A stretch of DNA of 63,326 nucleotides, counting the filler, from Chiloscyllium plagiosum (taxonomy: Eukaryota): the NCBI RefSeq assembly GCF_004010195.1. It is 4 parts of one record of this genome, joined end to end, with 100 filler letters (N's around TTAATTAATTAA, not from the genome) between each part and the next. Parts side by side here need not be neighbours in the genome. Positions count along the whole stretch, not along the records: positions 59,243 to 63,326 come from NC_057710.1; 3 more parts are not named here. One strand, written 5' to 3'. Position 1 is the first letter of the stretch; the number at the start of each line of letters is the position of its first letter. The notes beneath the pieces were generated by a model, which had not been told where the DNA came from, made no database searches, and saw only the letters and a list, made by a program, of their open reading frames with translations. A program made the translations under genes and the position numbers. Positions 62,280 through 63,326 of this stretch are shown one piece after another.

Positions 62280-63005
62280 CTGTCGGGAACGGGCGTGGTC
62301 ATTCCCCGGCAGCTGATGACGACTGCAAACGTGGGGCGCGGCTGGAGATTAGACCCCGCCCTTTGCGAAGGAGGGGGGGCTGTGGGGGTGGAGAAAGCAG
62401 GGTTCGGTGCCCAGGTGCCACGTGACCCGCACGGGGTGGGAGGCTGATCTCTCTCATTGACAAGGGTTCGGTGCCCAGGTGCCACGTGACCCGCACGGGG
62501 TGGGAGGCGTGGCGGGAGGCTGATCTCTCTCATTGACAGGTGAAGGCGAGCGCGCGCCGCTGGAGCTGAGAGACCCCGCCCGCTGAGTGGGAGCGGGCGA
62601 ACGATTGGCCTTCGCTGTCACGTGGCACCGCGAGCGTGCCCGCCCGGAGGCGGGGCCTATGGGCGTTGTTATTTTTCGAAATAAAGGCGGTGGCGCGAGC
62701 GGCGGCTGGAGCTTGAGGCCTTCAGGGGCGCCATGGGACAGGGCAGCAACCGATAACTGGATAGACAGGGCGGGAGGGGAGCGGAGTGATAGGAGAGGGC
62801 CGGGCACCGCCAATGAGACACTGAAGAGAAGGCATTGGGGCCGGGGAGCGGGCCAACGAAAAGGAAACGGTCCCTGCTGCTCCCGCTTTAAACGCTCACC
62901 GTCCGCTTTTAATCCCCGGCCCGTTCCTCTCCCCACAAACGCCCCTCTCGCCGACACCGTATTTATTTATTTTTTTTTAAAGTGTCTATTCCGCTCCCTG
63001 TCGCC
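62280..63005 (+). promoter_or_regulatory. CpG-island promoter of cdc25 with E-boxes, CCAAT boxes, a GC box and E2F/CHR-like sites
   Basis: CACGTG at 62419, 62483 and 62619; ATTGG at 62604; CCAAT at 62810; GGCGGGGC at about 62649; TGGCGCGA at 62691; TCCCGC-TTTAAA at 62881-62892. Confidence 0.7.
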
Positions 63006-63214
63006 ATGAGTGGGGTCACCAGTCCCCCCAGGCAGCCGTGTAGGAGCTCGAGCTCCGGCCGCAGCCCGGGCAGGCAGCAGCAGCAGCAGCAGCTGGCCCC
63101 CCTCCCTCTGGAGAAAGGCCGCTCGTGTAAAGCCCTGTTCTCGTCCGAGCCCCCGGTGCTGTCGCCGGTCACCAACCTGGCCCTCAACATGGTCAACCTG
63201 AGTGGCCTGGGCAG
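63006..63214 (+). CDS. cdc25b: M-phase inducer phosphatase (CDC25 family) coding exon 1, probably cdc25b
   Basis: GCCATGA start; KALF...LSPVTNLALNM.NL.GLG is the conserved CDC25A/B exon-1 motif; phase-2 donor CAG|GTAAAA. The B assignment rests on linkage with MRPS26 (both at human 20p13) across scaffold joins. Confidence 0.75.
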
Positions 63215-63326
63215 GTAAAACAAGGGGTGGGGGACAATGTGTCTCAATCTTCTCTCCCCGCCTCTCTGTGTCTGTCTGTCTGTCTCGCTATATCTCTTCT
63301 CTCTCCCCCCCCCCCCCCCCTTCTCT

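Overview
Repeat-dense vertebrate genomic DNA, most likely from a shark (HE1-type SINEs, CR1/HER1 LINEs, Deu-domain SINEs). It is a scaffolded assembly with N-gaps, three of which carry an artificial TTAATTAATTAA spacer. Host genes seen: mrps26 exon 1 (minus strand, left end), the last two exons of an RNF145-like RING-H2 ligase (27.2-31.4 kb), and cdc25 (probably cdc25b) exon 1 with its CpG-island promoter (right end). The two most interesting signals are these. (1) An intact 604-aa Tigger/pogo transposase-derived ORF with decayed TIRs, a D-to-E change at the first catalytic Asp, and a plausible spliced 5' UTR starting at the mrps26 CpG promoter; it is a candidate domesticated gene lying head-to-head with mrps26. 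(2) At least three families of Penelope-derived repeats carrying minimal hammerhead-ribozyme cores, many folded back into palindromes with 10-12 bp target duplications. Also present: a multi-layer CR1 > Gmr1-like Gypsy > CR1/SINE nest, a full-length dead Tigger, a Rex1/Babar LINE, a solo LTR and minisatellites. All calls are by eye; no searches were run.
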